From assembly GCA_964004705.1 (NCBI GenBank), contig CAXFOQ010000003.1:1-57737 (forward strand): 57,737 bases of DNA, written 5' to 3'. This DNA comes from an uncultured Flavobacteriales bacterium. GTDB taxonomy: Bacteria > Bacteroidota > Bacteroidia > Flavobacteriales > UBA7312. Position 1 is the first letter of the stretch; each line of letters begins with the position of its first letter. Shown here one piece after another: positions 36,346 through 45,387 of the stretch. Under the pieces are notes generated by a model that was not told the DNA's origin, did no database searches, and was given only the letters and a program-made list of their open reading frames with translations. The translations under genes and the position numbers were made by a program.

Positions 36346-36747
36346 TTATTTCTTTCTTTTGTTTATCATTTGTAAACCTTGTTTGCCAAACCTATAACCA
36401 AAGCTACTTCCAATAATAATATATAACATATTTGAAAACCAATGAGGGGTCGATTCTTCTAAAAATATAAACCCTTCTTTTACATACGGTTGTGAAAATG
36501 GCAAAAACGAAGCTATTAATATTGCCCCAAAAATTATTGACCAAAATTCATCTTTCCAGCTTTCGCCCATTTGATTTGTAAGCGCTTGCTCATTAAGAAA
36601 ACTAGATGTAGCTTCTGTCTCGTAAACTTTCGCTTCGGCTCTAGCTTTAGCCACTTTAACTTCTGTTTCAGCTTTCGCTTTATCAACTCGACCTTGTAAC
36701 CATGTTCCAGCGAGGCTACTTATAGGTCCTATTATGCTCCCTAACAT
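36346..36747 (-). CDS. Holin-like membrane protein (GTA 3-TM holin-like)
   Basis: N-terminal Ala/Lys/Glu repeat (AKAETEVKVAKARAEAKV), then hydrophobic helices (FWSIIFGAILIASFLPF; MLYIIIGSSFGY). Confidence 0.4.
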   Translation of the reverse strand: MLGSIIGPISSLAGTWLQGRVDKAKAETEVKVAKARAEAKVYETEATSSFLNEQALTNQMGESWKDEFWSIIFGAILIASFLPFSQPYVKEGFIFLEESTPHWFSNMLYIIIGSSFGYRFGKQGLQMINKRKK

Positions 36748-36901
36748 ATTATTCTCCTATTTTGGTGGGGGGATTTATCTGCAAAAAAAATTTTATTACA
36801 TTGTAAATAACAATAATCAAAGATTAAGTGTTAAATAAAACAGACACCCCCCAAAATGGTGAGGGATATAAAATGACACCCATCAAACATACCCCTCATA
36901 G

Positions 36902-37099
36902 TTAACCCTTTATTTTTTTTGTTATCCATAAAAATAAAGCATATACTGCCAAACCATAAACGGTTGCTATTCCAATATCAACTAAATGTTCACGCATATG
37001 ATATATAAACTGTATTCCAGCTTCAACATCACTTCCACCTTCACCAAAATTAATTGTTTTGGTTAGGTTTTCTACATCACTTATTGTTTGTTCCATCAT
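36902..37099 (-). CDS. Small membrane protein
   Basis: 65 aa. C-terminal helix IGIATVYGLAVYALFLWI. Confidence 0.45.
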   Translation of the reverse strand: MMEQTISDVENLTKTINFGEGGSDVEAGIQFIYHMREHLVDIGIATVYGLAVYALFLWITKKIKG

Positions 37100-37211
37100 T
37101 TACTTTTCCCTTTTAAGTATTTAGGGTCTTCATTGTCCTTCTTTTTGAGGTACGCAATAAGTCGTAACATAAACTTTGGAAAACGCAGTTTGCTGGTGCG
37201 TGTTTTGTGCT

Positions 37212-37484
37212 TTACCATTTTACCTTATGTGACCAGTATCTTGCAGACATTTTGCTTGGGTTGGGGTCTTGAGCATTATGGCGAGCATAATAAGAACGCT
37301 TTCTTGCTTTATCCCTTTTGCTAGTTGGATTTTTACCAGCACCTTTTACGCCTTGTTGACCAAAACGTATCAATTTTACTTTACTTCCCACTTTTGCCAA
37401 AACAGCATGGCTTTTAGTTTTGTGTCGTGGTGTTCTTTTAGGCTTGTTATAACCCCTAAATGTTTCCCCATATGCTGTAATCAT
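37212..37484 (-). CDS. Small highly basic protein 3 of 3
   Basis: 90 aa, very Lys/Arg-rich. ATGA overlap with the upstream gene. Confidence 0.55.
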   Translation of the reverse strand: MITAYGETFRGYNKPKRTPRHKTKSHAVLAKVGSKVKLIRFGQQGVKGAGKNPTSKRDKARKRSYYARHNAQDPNPSKMSARYWSHKVKW

Positions 37485-37735
37485 TTCTTTCTCTTCTTTC
37501 TAGCAAAGGTTTTTACATTTGTAGGCTTACCACCAACGCCCTGTGCTTTTGCCCTTTTTCTTCTTACTGCGCTTTTAATTTGCGCTGGTGTCATTCTATT
37601 TGCAGTAGCCAGTGGCACACATTTAGGATATTTTCTTTTACTGCCGGTTGCTCTGCCACATGGCTGAAACTTGCCATTTTTTTTAGGTGCGCCAATATCA
37701 ACCCAGCCTTGTTTAAACCATGTTTTTAAACTCAT
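37481..37735 (-). CDS. Small highly basic protein 2 of 3
   Basis: 84 aa, Lys/Arg-rich (ends ...FARKKRKK). TAATG overlap with the upstream gene. Confidence 0.55.
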   Translation of the reverse strand: MSLKTWFKQGWVDIGAPKKNGKFQPCGRATGSKRKYPKCVPLATANRMTPAQIKSAVRRKRAKAQGVGGKPTNVKTFARKKRKK

Positions 37736-37893
37736 TAGCCCATCCTATATTTGCCACCACGCTTTTTATATGTACGCACTAAATATGCGTTTGCATAAGC
37801 GCTTGGATAAACTTTAAATTTGCGTTTTGTTTCTGCCTTTACCCTTGCATATAATGCTTTGTTTGTTGGTATTGGTTTTTTCTTTGTAGCCAT
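37735..37893 (-). CDS. Small highly basic protein 1 of 3 (52 aa, untracked)
   Basis: My own translation: MATKKKPIPTNKALYARVKAETKRKFKVYPSAYANAYLVRTYKKRGGKYRMG. Confidence 0.5.
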   Translation of the reverse strand: MATKKKPIPTNKALYARVKAETKRKFKVYPSAYANAYLVRTYKKRGGKYRMG

Positions 37894-37900
37894 AAAACAC

Positions 37901-38113
37901 CTATTTAAGTTTTTCTAAAATTCTATCTATTTTTTCTTCTAACCTATTAATTGCTTGTGTTACGTCATCTCTTTTTGCGTAATCTTCTCTTGTTTTATTC
38001 AAAAGTATATCGATTCTCTTCACCTCAGATTGTAACGATCTAAATACAAAAATTGCTGGCGCTATTACTAAAGTTAATAAAACATTCCAAAATAAAAAAG
38101 GGTCAACTGTCAC
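37901..38113 (-). CDS. Small membrane protein with coiled-coil tail
   Basis: 70 aa. N-terminal helix FLFWNVLLTLVIAPAIFVF. Confidence 0.5.
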   Translation of the reverse strand: MTVDPFLFWNVLLTLVIAPAIFVFRSLQSEVKRIDILLNKTREDYAKRDDVTQAINRLEEKIDRILEKLK

Positions 38114-38502
38114 AAAATGCCCCTTCTTTGTTTAAGTATTGTTAAATTTTTTTCTTTTGTACCACCATCATATTTCCAAGCATAACCTCTTTCTACCATT
38201 TCTTTATTTAAATTTATTTCGCCAATAATAAACCAACCAAGCATTCTTCCGTATTTACCATCTTTTTCAGTTTTAACTTTTAAATTATAACCAATACTAT
38301 CGTTTAAACGCCTTTCTAAAAAATCTTTTGCATCTAAACCTAATTCTTTTTCTTCTAAGTTTTTTGTTCGGCTTTCTGGTGTATCTATACCAGCAAGCCT
38401 TACTCTTTCTTTTTTAGTTAAAGAAAAACCTAGATCAATAACAATATCTACTGTATCGCCATCAACAACTTTTTTAATTTCTTTTACAGCATACTCATAC
38501 AT
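38110..38502 (-). CDS. Staphylococcal-nuclease-like (thermonuclease) protein
   Basis: VVDGDTVDIV...RVRLAGIDTPE...KYGRMLG...ERGYA are SNase motifs. Confidence 0.75.
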   Translation of the reverse strand: MYEYAVKEIKKVVDGDTVDIVIDLGFSLTKKERVRLAGIDTPESRTKNLEEKELGLDAKDFLERRLNDSIGYNLKVKTEKDGKYGRMLGWFIIGEINLNKEMVERGYAWKYDGGTKEKNLTILKQRRGIL

Positions 38503-38711
38503 TATAAAATATTGTTCTCCCCACTACAGCAATCGTGTACAACACTTTTACATTTTTCACATTGCAGATGTCCATGAACTGAAACAAAAATAGTTTTTGT
38601 TAAACAGCGTTTGCAAAATTCTTTATAATTTTCTTCATTAATAATGCCGGCATAAAGCAATTTGCCAAACTGTTCATTTTCATCTTCGTAATTCATTTGC
38701 CCATTAGCCAT
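38502..38711 (-). CDS. Zinc-ribbon-like small protein
   Basis: CKRC...HGHLQCEKCKSVVHDCC. Confidence 0.5.
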   Translation of the reverse strand: MANGQMNYEDENEQFGKLLYAGIINEENYKEFCKRCLTKTIFVSVHGHLQCEKCKSVVHDCCSGENNIL

Positions 38712-38827
38712 TCAAAAAATGGTTTTCTTTTAACTTTATCTCTAAATGATAAAATAAAATCAAATATATTTAATTTTTTTTTGGCTGTTGTTTCTTTTTT
38801 TGGTCTTCCTCTTTTTTGTTTTTGCAT
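38693..38827 (-). CDS. Possible 44-aa AT-hook protein (untracked)
   Basis: GGAG RBS. MQKQKRGRPKKETTAKKKLNIFDFILSFRDKVKRKPFFEWLMGK. Overlaps neighbouring ORFs at both ends. Confidence 0.3.
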   Translation of the reverse strand: MQKQKRGRPKKETTAKKKLNIFDFILSFRDKVKRKPFFEWLMGK

Positions 38828-38910
38828 ATTTCAACTCCATTTCTAGGTCTGTTAATCCAACTTACTTCTTTTTTATTCCAAAATGAATATGTTTTATAAA
38901 TTTTTTGCAT
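38770..38910 (-). CDS. Possible 46-aa ORF (untracked), alternative to 38693..38827
   Basis: ATG directly abuts the upstream TGA. MQKIYKTYSFWNKKEVSWINRPRNGVEICKNKKEEDQKKKQQPKKN. Confidence 0.25.
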   Translation of the reverse strand: MQKIYKTYSFWNKKEVSWINRPRNGVEICKNKKEEDQKKKQQPKKN

Positions 38911-39105
38911 TCATTGCCCTTTCTTTTTAGGTAATGTTTTTGGTACACAATATGCTTTTACCCAAATTCTGCTATCCCCAGCCAGTGATGGGTCAAGGTT
39001 TTGCGCCCTAATTTTCTGTGCGATTTTAAGGCACGAGTCTAAATCGCTAAAATAAACGGATTCTTGCACCGTACCAGATAAAAATACAACTAATAGCCAT
39101 GTCAT
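38911..39105 (-). CDS. Small secreted/membrane protein in the lysis cassette
   Basis: 64 aa. N-terminal hydrophobic MTWLLVVFLSG, two Cys. TAATG junction with the upstream gene. Confidence 0.5.
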   Translation of the reverse strand: MTWLLVVFLSGTVQESVYFSDLDSCLKIAQKIRAQNLDPSLAGDSRIWVKAYCVPKTLPKKKGQ

Positions 39106-39428
39106 TAATTACCATTTTTCCTTTGCCATGCACTTGTTGCCATAAATGTTGCTAAAATGCCCATATTAGCCACGACAAACGTGCTAATTAGTGAAGTGGT
39201 TAGTGTTACCCTCTCGTTTGGTATTAGGGGCGTTAAAACTAATATAACAAGGAATATAACACTAATCATGCTTACCCACGCCATTTTGCGTATTTGGTCA
39301 TCTTTTGCATCATTGTTTTCCAGCCTTGTTAGTTTTTCAGCCATTTGGAACTCTGCATCTGAAACTACACCGTCTCCATCAACATCTAAATCGTTATATT
39401 TTGATTTTGGTTCTAATTTTTTACTCAT
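39105..39428 (-). CDS. Two-TM membrane protein with N-terminal EF-hand loop (holin candidate)
   Basis: DVDGDGVVSDAE is a canonical 12-residue EF-hand loop. Helices WVSMISVIFLVILVLTPLI and LISTFVVANMGILATFMA. ATGA overlap with the endolysin. Confidence 0.5.
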   Translation of the reverse strand: MSKKLEPKSKYNDLDVDGDGVVSDAEFQMAEKLTRLENNDAKDDQIRKMAWVSMISVIFLVILVLTPLIPNERVTLTTSLISTFVVANMGILATFMATSAWQRKNGN

Positions 39429-39964
39429 TGTTCAGCCCTTTTTAACCAACCTTTTAAAAACTTTTTAAGTTTTGGGTTTTTTTCTGCAATTTGTTCATAA
39501 AAACCAGCGTGTCTTTTTCTTAATTTAGTTAAATATTTTTCAGTATCTATGCCATTTATTGCGCCACGACTTTTTGTGCCAAGTATGCCATCTGCTTGTA
39601 AATAAATATTACCACAATCATGACAAGCCCTTTGTGCAAGTTTATGCGCTTGCCTTGCGCCCATATTTACAGCCATATCAAATAGTTTGCCGGCAACATC
39701 AATATTATCTATTTGATCGTAATTGCCTCTTTTCCAGAAATATTTATGGTAAATTTCTTTTGCTTTTACTTCTTTAAGCGCTTTCATATCTTCTTTATCA
39801 ATATCGCCATCACCATCTAAATCAAGTTCAATTCCTTCAGCTTTAACAAAACGCAGTGAAATTCCCCAATTTGTTGCGCCACCACTGTCATCTTTGTCGT
39901 TTACATAGCCACCTTCGTGTTTTTTTGTTTTTTTCCAAGCTAACTCAAAACTTTCACTAAACAT
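39425..39964 (-). CDS. Endolysin, GH108-type muramidase with PG-binding C-terminus and an EF-hand-like insertion
   Basis: HEGGYVNDKDDSGGATNWGI (GH108 motif), FDMAVNMG...ADGILGTKS, and inserted DLDGDGDIDKED. Confidence 0.8.
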   Translation of the reverse strand: MFSESFELAWKKTKKHEGGYVNDKDDSGGATNWGISLRFVKAEGIELDLDGDGDIDKEDMKALKEVKAKEIYHKYFWKRGNYDQIDNIDVAGKLFDMAVNMGARQAHKLAQRACHDCGNIYLQADGILGTKSRGAINGIDTEKYLTKLRKRHAGFYEQIAEKNPKLKKFLKGWLKRAEQ

Positions 39965-39972
39965 AAACCCTC

Positions 39973-40614
39973 CTATAAACCACTTTGGTATAATTTTTTT
40001 AAAAATTCTTTTTTACCAGCTTTTCTTGCATATAATAAATATAAAGATTGCCAGTTTTCTAATATTTCGTCACCAACACCATCAGTTGGAACTAATTTTC
40101 TTGTAGCTACAATCTTATTATTTTCCACAAGAACACAAATAAACTCATCGCTGTCATCTTTTAATTCTAAACCAAATTCATTTTTTGATACAGTAGAACT
40201 TGCTCTAATTATATAATGTTTATAATCTTTTGCTTTTGTTAAAAATTCTTTGCCATCTTCTTCATAATGTATTGATTGCGCTACTATAAGCGCATCATTA
40301 TGACACCAACTTGGGTTATCTTCCCAAAACCCATTTAATACAAATAAATATGATTTTTTGCTTTCTAAAGCTAATAATCTGTTAACTGTAACAGTATGTT
40401 CATTTACAAAATTCTTGTAGTCAATTCTATTTAAACAACCATAAATTACTTCTTCTTTTAAATATTCATCAGTAAATTTATCAGATATCAAAGTATATTC
40501 TGGGAAACCCCAACCAAAAACCGTTTTTAAATAATCTATTTGATCGTTATATTCATCATCAGCTACATAACTATTTACAGTTGTGCCATTTGCTAAATAA
40601 GTAATATAAGCCAT
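39973..40614 (-). CDS. Hypothetical protein (tail-distal module)
   Basis: 213-aa ORF with a TAATG junction to the upstream gene. Confidence 0.5.
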   Translation of the reverse strand: MAYITYLANGTTVNSYVADDEYNDQIDYLKTVFGWGFPEYTLISDKFTDEYLKEEVIYGCLNRIDYKNFVNEHTVTVNRLLALESKKSYLFVLNGFWEDNPSWCHNDALIVAQSIHYEEDGKEFLTKAKDYKHYIIRASSTVSKNEFGLELKDDSDEFICVLVENNKIVATRKLVPTDGVGDEILENWQSLYLLYARKAGKKEFLKKLYQSGL

Positions 40615-42089
40615 TAGTTATACAATCCACTGTCTGCAATAATACAAGTATTTTGTGCATTATTAATGTTAGCATCATTCCAAGGGTGTTTTCCATCGCC
40701 TTGTGCCGAACTATCTGGTGATAAACCATCTATGCCAAAAAAACTACTATTTAATGACCTTGAGTGATAACAAGCGTGTTCTCTAGTAATCCAACCAGCC
40801 CTTAAATTAGTTGCACTATCTCTTTTTAATGCGCACCTATAAAATGCCCAATATGTTGACCTCCAATTATATTGCCTTTTAACACCAACGCAATTACCTT
40901 TTACCTCAACTCCATCACATTCTTCTTCAATTTCTGTAATTGATTGTTCATGGTGTCTTTGTGATAAACTACTAAAAAAGAACATTGGTTCTGTTGGTTG
41001 TGTTGATGTTACATGGTCAGAAGTTACATTTGGTAAAAAATTGCTTGAATGATTTGAACTACAATTTCTTGCAGATAAACCACTAGCAAGGGCATTGCTT
41101 GCATTAAGTGGGTGCGTTATATTTACTGTTGAATGTATTTGCAATGGTCGCATACGGCTGTCAAAACTTACATCGCCATTGCTATTTTTAACTTGAAAAC
41201 CATAACTGCCACTTGCACTTATTGCAGTTGGGTCAGCAAAAACATATAAATTTGGTGATTGTGCATCAGTATAACTTCCAGTTGGATTATTACCACTTGA
41301 ACCAGTTGTTGTCGTTACTTGGTTTTGCACTCTAAATATTCTGTATTGTCGTACTAATAATGCTGAGTTTGTTGGGTTAGTTCCGGGAACAAAGCGACCA
41401 TAATCTGGTGTTGAAGTTCCACTAGCGCCAACAAGTCCATTGTTTGAAGTATCTAACATGGTATATGTATAACCATTTGCTGAAAGATTAGGTGATGAAG
41501 TAAAATTAAAATTACTTGTATTGTATGTAAAAGTTTGATTGCTTATTACAGAAGTTCCATTCCATATAATACTATATATACCATCATTTCCAGTAAAGCT
41601 CATAGGAATAACCCCATTACCAATAGATATCATACCATAATATGCTGTACTAGCATAACCACTGGTAGCAAAAATATTTGGCATTTGATTACCACTAAAT
41701 CTTATTGTATTATTTTCATTATTAAAATAAGTACCACTAGATGGTTCTCTTACATTTGTTGTAGTTGTTGATGAACCTTGTGTGCTTCCAGTAGCGCCAG
41801 CATTAGGGAAACCACCACTAGATAAAATTTCAACTTGCCAAGTATTACCACTGACATTTTTTGCCCCTGTCATGCAATAAAATCTATCAGTAAATGGCAT
41901 TGTAAAAAAAGGAACTGGTGTTGATGAACAAGTAAATTGATAAGTAAACTTACTTAAACCACCAAATGTTGTATAAGGTACTGAAATAGATGTTGGTGTT
42001 GTAATTTTTTGTTTTAAATGTAAGTTTTTCATTACATCAGAAATTAAAACTTCACCACTGTTATTTCTTGCTAAAAAACCGTAACTCAT
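40614..42089 (-). CDS. Tail-tip/receptor-binding candidate
   Basis: 491 aa, Ser/Thr/Asn/Gly-rich. Lies downstream of the J-like gene. Confidence 0.5.
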   Translation of the reverse strand: MSYGFLARNNSGEVLISDVMKNLHLKQKITTPTSISVPYTTFGGLSKFTYQFTCSSTPVPFFTMPFTDRFYCMTGAKNVSGNTWQVEILSSGGFPNAGATGSTQGSSTTTTNVREPSSGTYFNNENNTIRFSGNQMPNIFATSGYASTAYYGMISIGNGVIPMSFTGNDGIYSIIWNGTSVISNQTFTYNTSNFNFTSSPNLSANGYTYTMLDTSNNGLVGASGTSTPDYGRFVPGTNPTNSALLVRQYRIFRVQNQVTTTTGSSGNNPTGSYTDAQSPNLYVFADPTAISASGSYGFQVKNSNGDVSFDSRMRPLQIHSTVNITHPLNASNALASGLSARNCSSNHSSNFLPNVTSDHVTSTQPTEPMFFFSSLSQRHHEQSITEIEEECDGVEVKGNCVGVKRQYNWRSTYWAFYRCALKRDSATNLRAGWITREHACYHSRSLNSSFFGIDGLSPDSSAQGDGKHPWNDANINNAQNTCIIADSGLYN

Positions 42090-42424
42090 TTAGCCAGCAC
42101 CAAAATTAAACACGCTTGCGATTTTTGCGTAATTGTACCACTTACAGAATTAGTTGTTGATGTATCTGTGCCAGTAACGGTTACTGTTGTGCCACTTATA
42201 TTTATTGTAGGTATTAATGGCTGTTCATCATCTGGCAATGTTGTATCTGTAAATAAAATTGCCACCCTTAAAGTTACACCACTTGGCAAATAACTATAAT
42301 TTTTGGTTGTTGTAGAAGTATCGCCTTCTGCTTTTGTAAAATACTCAACTTGCGACCAAGTTTGTGAAGTAACAGAATAAATACTTTGCCCAAGAGCGCT
42401 TTTAATATCTAATCCATAAGCCAT
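42086..42424 (-). CDS. Small Thr-rich tail-associated protein
   Basis: 112 aa, with overlapping junctions on both sides. Confidence 0.5.
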   Translation of the reverse strand: MAYGLDIKSALGQSIYSVTSQTWSQVEYFTKAEGDTSTTTKNYSYLPSGVTLRVAILFTDTTLPDDEQPLIPTINISGTTVTVTGTDTSTTNSVSGTITQKSQACLILVLAK

Positions 42425-44922
42425 TAGCTTAAATTACCAATTCTAACCCTTTCATTTCCACTACTGTCAAATACTTTTATTTTATCAGTTTCTACAACTA
42501 GCCTTGCGCCAGATGTTGCGCTTTGTAATGTTCCAATAGTTGCAGAAATAGAAGATAAATCACCAACGAATATTTCATCAGCAGTAACACAATCTGCTGA
42601 TAAATGGGCTGTTACTATTGCATCATTTCCAATTAAACTACTACTGTTACTACTTGTTATTTGGTTTACAGTACCAAATGCACCTAACTGCGCCACGCCA
42701 CCAGAAACAATACTTGTGCCACTTGAATTAGTTACATCTATGCCACCGGTTGCTGGGGTTGCTGTAATGCCATCAGCATTATTTGGAAAGAATGCACTGT
42801 TATTTCCAGAAAAATCAGTTGACCTTATCCAAAATCTTTGTTGTGTGCCGGCTGTTAAATTATTTCTTGTTATTTTCATAACTTTACCGGCAGAACCAGC
42901 TACACTAAAATTAATTGTGGCATTGCCACCAGAATTTGGATTGCCAGTGCCAGTTCTCATTACAAATTCTGCACCTCTAAAATCGCTTTCTGTGGGGTTT
43001 GTAAAGGTTAATTCAACTGCTTCTCCTATTCCACTAGCCGTAAGTGCAGAATAGGCGCTAGGCGCTGTTACATCGCCAGCAAGCGTTACATTTGAACTGG
43101 TTGCATATGCACTTCTTCTACCTAACACGCTTACAGAACGCACCCTTGCCCTGTAAGTTCTGCCCACTATTAGCCCACTATAATCAACCCTTGTAACATT
43201 ACTGCCCACTACGGCTGTATATGCAGTTAAAAATGAACCACTTAATAAAACTTGTAATTCAACTTCATAATTACCAACAAAAGCATCTGTTGCGCTTGTA
43301 AATGTAGTTTTGGCACTTACCAGCAAAGTTCCGTCATCATTTATATCCGGTGTTTCTGTAACTGTTACACTTGTGGGTGGTTGTACCGTTGCTGGGTCTG
43401 GTAAACTTGTATTTGGCGCAATATCAATACCAAAACTATTCCCAAAATTCCAGCTATAAATGGCATCTGCATACTCAACTAATTCTAAATCAACACCACC
43501 ATTTGGTGTCATTTTCCAGCCAGTAACCATAAATTCTTTACCATTAAATATGGTTTCGTTACTAAAAGCACCATCTCGGTCTAAACTTAACGTAACTTTA
43601 TCATTAACAGAAACTGGAAAAGCATTAAGGTTACATGGCAATGTTAGGCTTAAACTTTGCCTATTTCTTTCAACCATGATTTTTGCAAGCCTTTGCGCTC
43701 TAATATTATTTTTTACAAATTGAAAATTTACATCCCCATAAAGCGCTTCGCCATCTTCACTTTCATATGTGCTATCTCTGTATGGTGAAAAATCTGTTGA
43801 AAGATAAAAATTATCTTCATCTAAAAATGTACCCCTTACAGCGTTTATACGGTTATTTTTACCACCATCAGTTTGTATTGTAACATTATCCCTTAAATGT
43901 GTTTCATTTAATGTATGAGATCGTGAATTAGCAATAGCAACACCAACTTGTAACTCATATTTACCTTGCGTATAAGCAATGCTACCAGCACAACAAACAA
44001 GCATAGACTCCATTATACTTACCGGTGATTGATCTAACGGTATCATACCATCCATAGTATATCGTTTTTGTGTATCACCATTGCTGTTTATAGTTACATT
44101 TGCATCACAACTGTTTGCCATTTCAGCAAACCTAGTGTCATTCATTTCACTGTTTAATGCACCTAAACCATAAGTATTTATTAAAAAATCTCTTATGCAC
44201 AAAGATGGGTTTCTTGAGTAAGCCCAAGTAGAACTTGTTGCATATCTATGCGAGCCACTTCCACCATTTGTGCTATCTAATCTTGGGTCGTAAACCTTTC
44301 TGCCCTCTACAATGCAACTTATGTTTGGTATTTGTGGCAATTTATCTTGGTCATATTCTAACCTAATATAAATATAACCTACGCCCCTTAATCTGTGGCT
44401 TGTTGTCCATTCAGATACTTCACTTACCAAATCGGCATCTGCACTTTGGCTATCACTGCCTAAATGTTTTTTTACCCTTACTAAATTTTCATATTTATTA
44501 CCACTGCCGGCAACAAATCTTGCATGGCTACTGCTATCAGAACCATCTTGTGTTAAACTTAAATCAGTTTCATCAATAAAAACATTTGTAATTGAATTTA
44601 GTTCACCTTGTCCTAACGCAACCACAAGATGTAAATATTTGTTTCCAGTACCACTAACACCGGCAAAAGCAACAACGCCACTTACTTTTGTTTTTCCATA
44701 AATTAACCTTCGTGGCATATCTGAACGAAACTGCATTTTAGTTTCTAAACCTTGTTCAGAAATTAAATCATTTATTCCTTTCATTTGCCTTTTTGCCATC
44801 TGCCTTGCAGAATGAACACTTATGGCTGTACCAACAACGTAAACACCGGCTTGTACCATTGCTATACCGGTGGCGCTTGTAATGTTTAATGCTGATGCTA
44901 CTGCTAATCCAATTTGTTCCAT
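42424..44922 (-). CDS. Host-specificity (lambda J-like) central tail fibre protein
   Basis: GRKVYDPR...WAYSRNPSLCIRDFLINTYGLGA is the J-family block. FN3-like C-terminal segments. Confidence 0.85.
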   Translation of the reverse strand: MEQIGLAVASALNITSATGIAMVQAGVYVVGTAISVHSARQMAKRQMKGINDLISEQGLETKMQFRSDMPRRLIYGKTKVSGVVAFAGVSGTGNKYLHLVVALGQGELNSITNVFIDETDLSLTQDGSDSSSHARFVAGSGNKYENLVRVKKHLGSDSQSADADLVSEVSEWTTSHRLRGVGYIYIRLEYDQDKLPQIPNISCIVEGRKVYDPRLDSTNGGSGSHRYATSSTWAYSRNPSLCIRDFLINTYGLGALNSEMNDTRFAEMANSCDANVTINSNGDTQKRYTMDGMIPLDQSPVSIMESMLVCCAGSIAYTQGKYELQVGVAIANSRSHTLNETHLRDNVTIQTDGGKNNRINAVRGTFLDEDNFYLSTDFSPYRDSTYESEDGEALYGDVNFQFVKNNIRAQRLAKIMVERNRQSLSLTLPCNLNAFPVSVNDKVTLSLDRDGAFSNETIFNGKEFMVTGWKMTPNGGVDLELVEYADAIYSWNFGNSFGIDIAPNTSLPDPATVQPPTSVTVTETPDINDDGTLLVSAKTTFTSATDAFVGNYEVELQVLLSGSFLTAYTAVVGSNVTRVDYSGLIVGRTYRARVRSVSVLGRRSAYATSSNVTLAGDVTAPSAYSALTASGIGEAVELTFTNPTESDFRGAEFVMRTGTGNPNSGGNATINFSVAGSAGKVMKITRNNLTAGTQQRFWIRSTDFSGNNSAFFPNNADGITATPATGGIDVTNSSGTSIVSGGVAQLGAFGTVNQITSSNSSSLIGNDAIVTAHLSADCVTADEIFVGDLSSISATIGTLQSATSGARLVVETDKIKVFDSSGNERVRIGNLS

Positions 44923-45387
44923 TTATACTTCCCAAGCCACCTTTATTTCGGTTCTATCTAAATGCACTATACCATCTTTGTGCAAATAAGTAGCAGTTCC
45001 GTCATCTGACATTACACCTAACATTTCTTCTTTTTTGTTATTGTATTTACCAACAATATCACCGTGCTTTGCGAAAGCGCTATGTATTTTTTTAATTTTC
45101 ATTTTTTTTGCTAATTTATTAGCACTACCAAAAACAGTACCATCAGCATATTCTGTTACTTTTTTGTAAGCGCCTTTTTTATCTTTATGGTCTAATAAAA
45201 AGTTTTCTTCTTTTAATTTTTTTTGTAAATCAATACCAGTTATTACTAAATAAGCACCAATAACAAAAGCAACGCAATCATTTGCGCCAAATTTAAAATT
45301 TCTATTTTCATGCTGTTCAATATATTTTTTTAGATTATCTTCCCAGCCATCTAACCTTTGCATTACTCTGGTGGTGTCCTTCCCCAA
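44923..45387 (-). CDS. Tail-tip protein, positional lambda K analogue (NlpC/P60-like Cys-His candidate)
   Basis: FGANDCVAFVIGA ... KHGDIV. Lies directly upstream of the J-like gene. Confidence 0.4.
   Translation of the reverse strand: MGKDTTRVMQRLDGWEDNLKKYIEQHENRNFKFGANDCVAFVIGAYLVITGIDLQKKLKEENFLLDHKDKKGAYKKVTEYADGTVFGSANKLAKKMKIKKIHSAFAKHGDIVGKYNNKKEEMLGVMSDDGTATYLHKDGIVHLDRTEIKVAWEV

Noticed and set aside
36761-36858. Long-range G6/C6 complementarity flanking the 154-nt gap upstream of the holin-like gene.
   Set aside because: Only six G:C pairs with about a 70-nt loop, and the flanks are not complementary. This is insufficient to call a structure or regulatory element.
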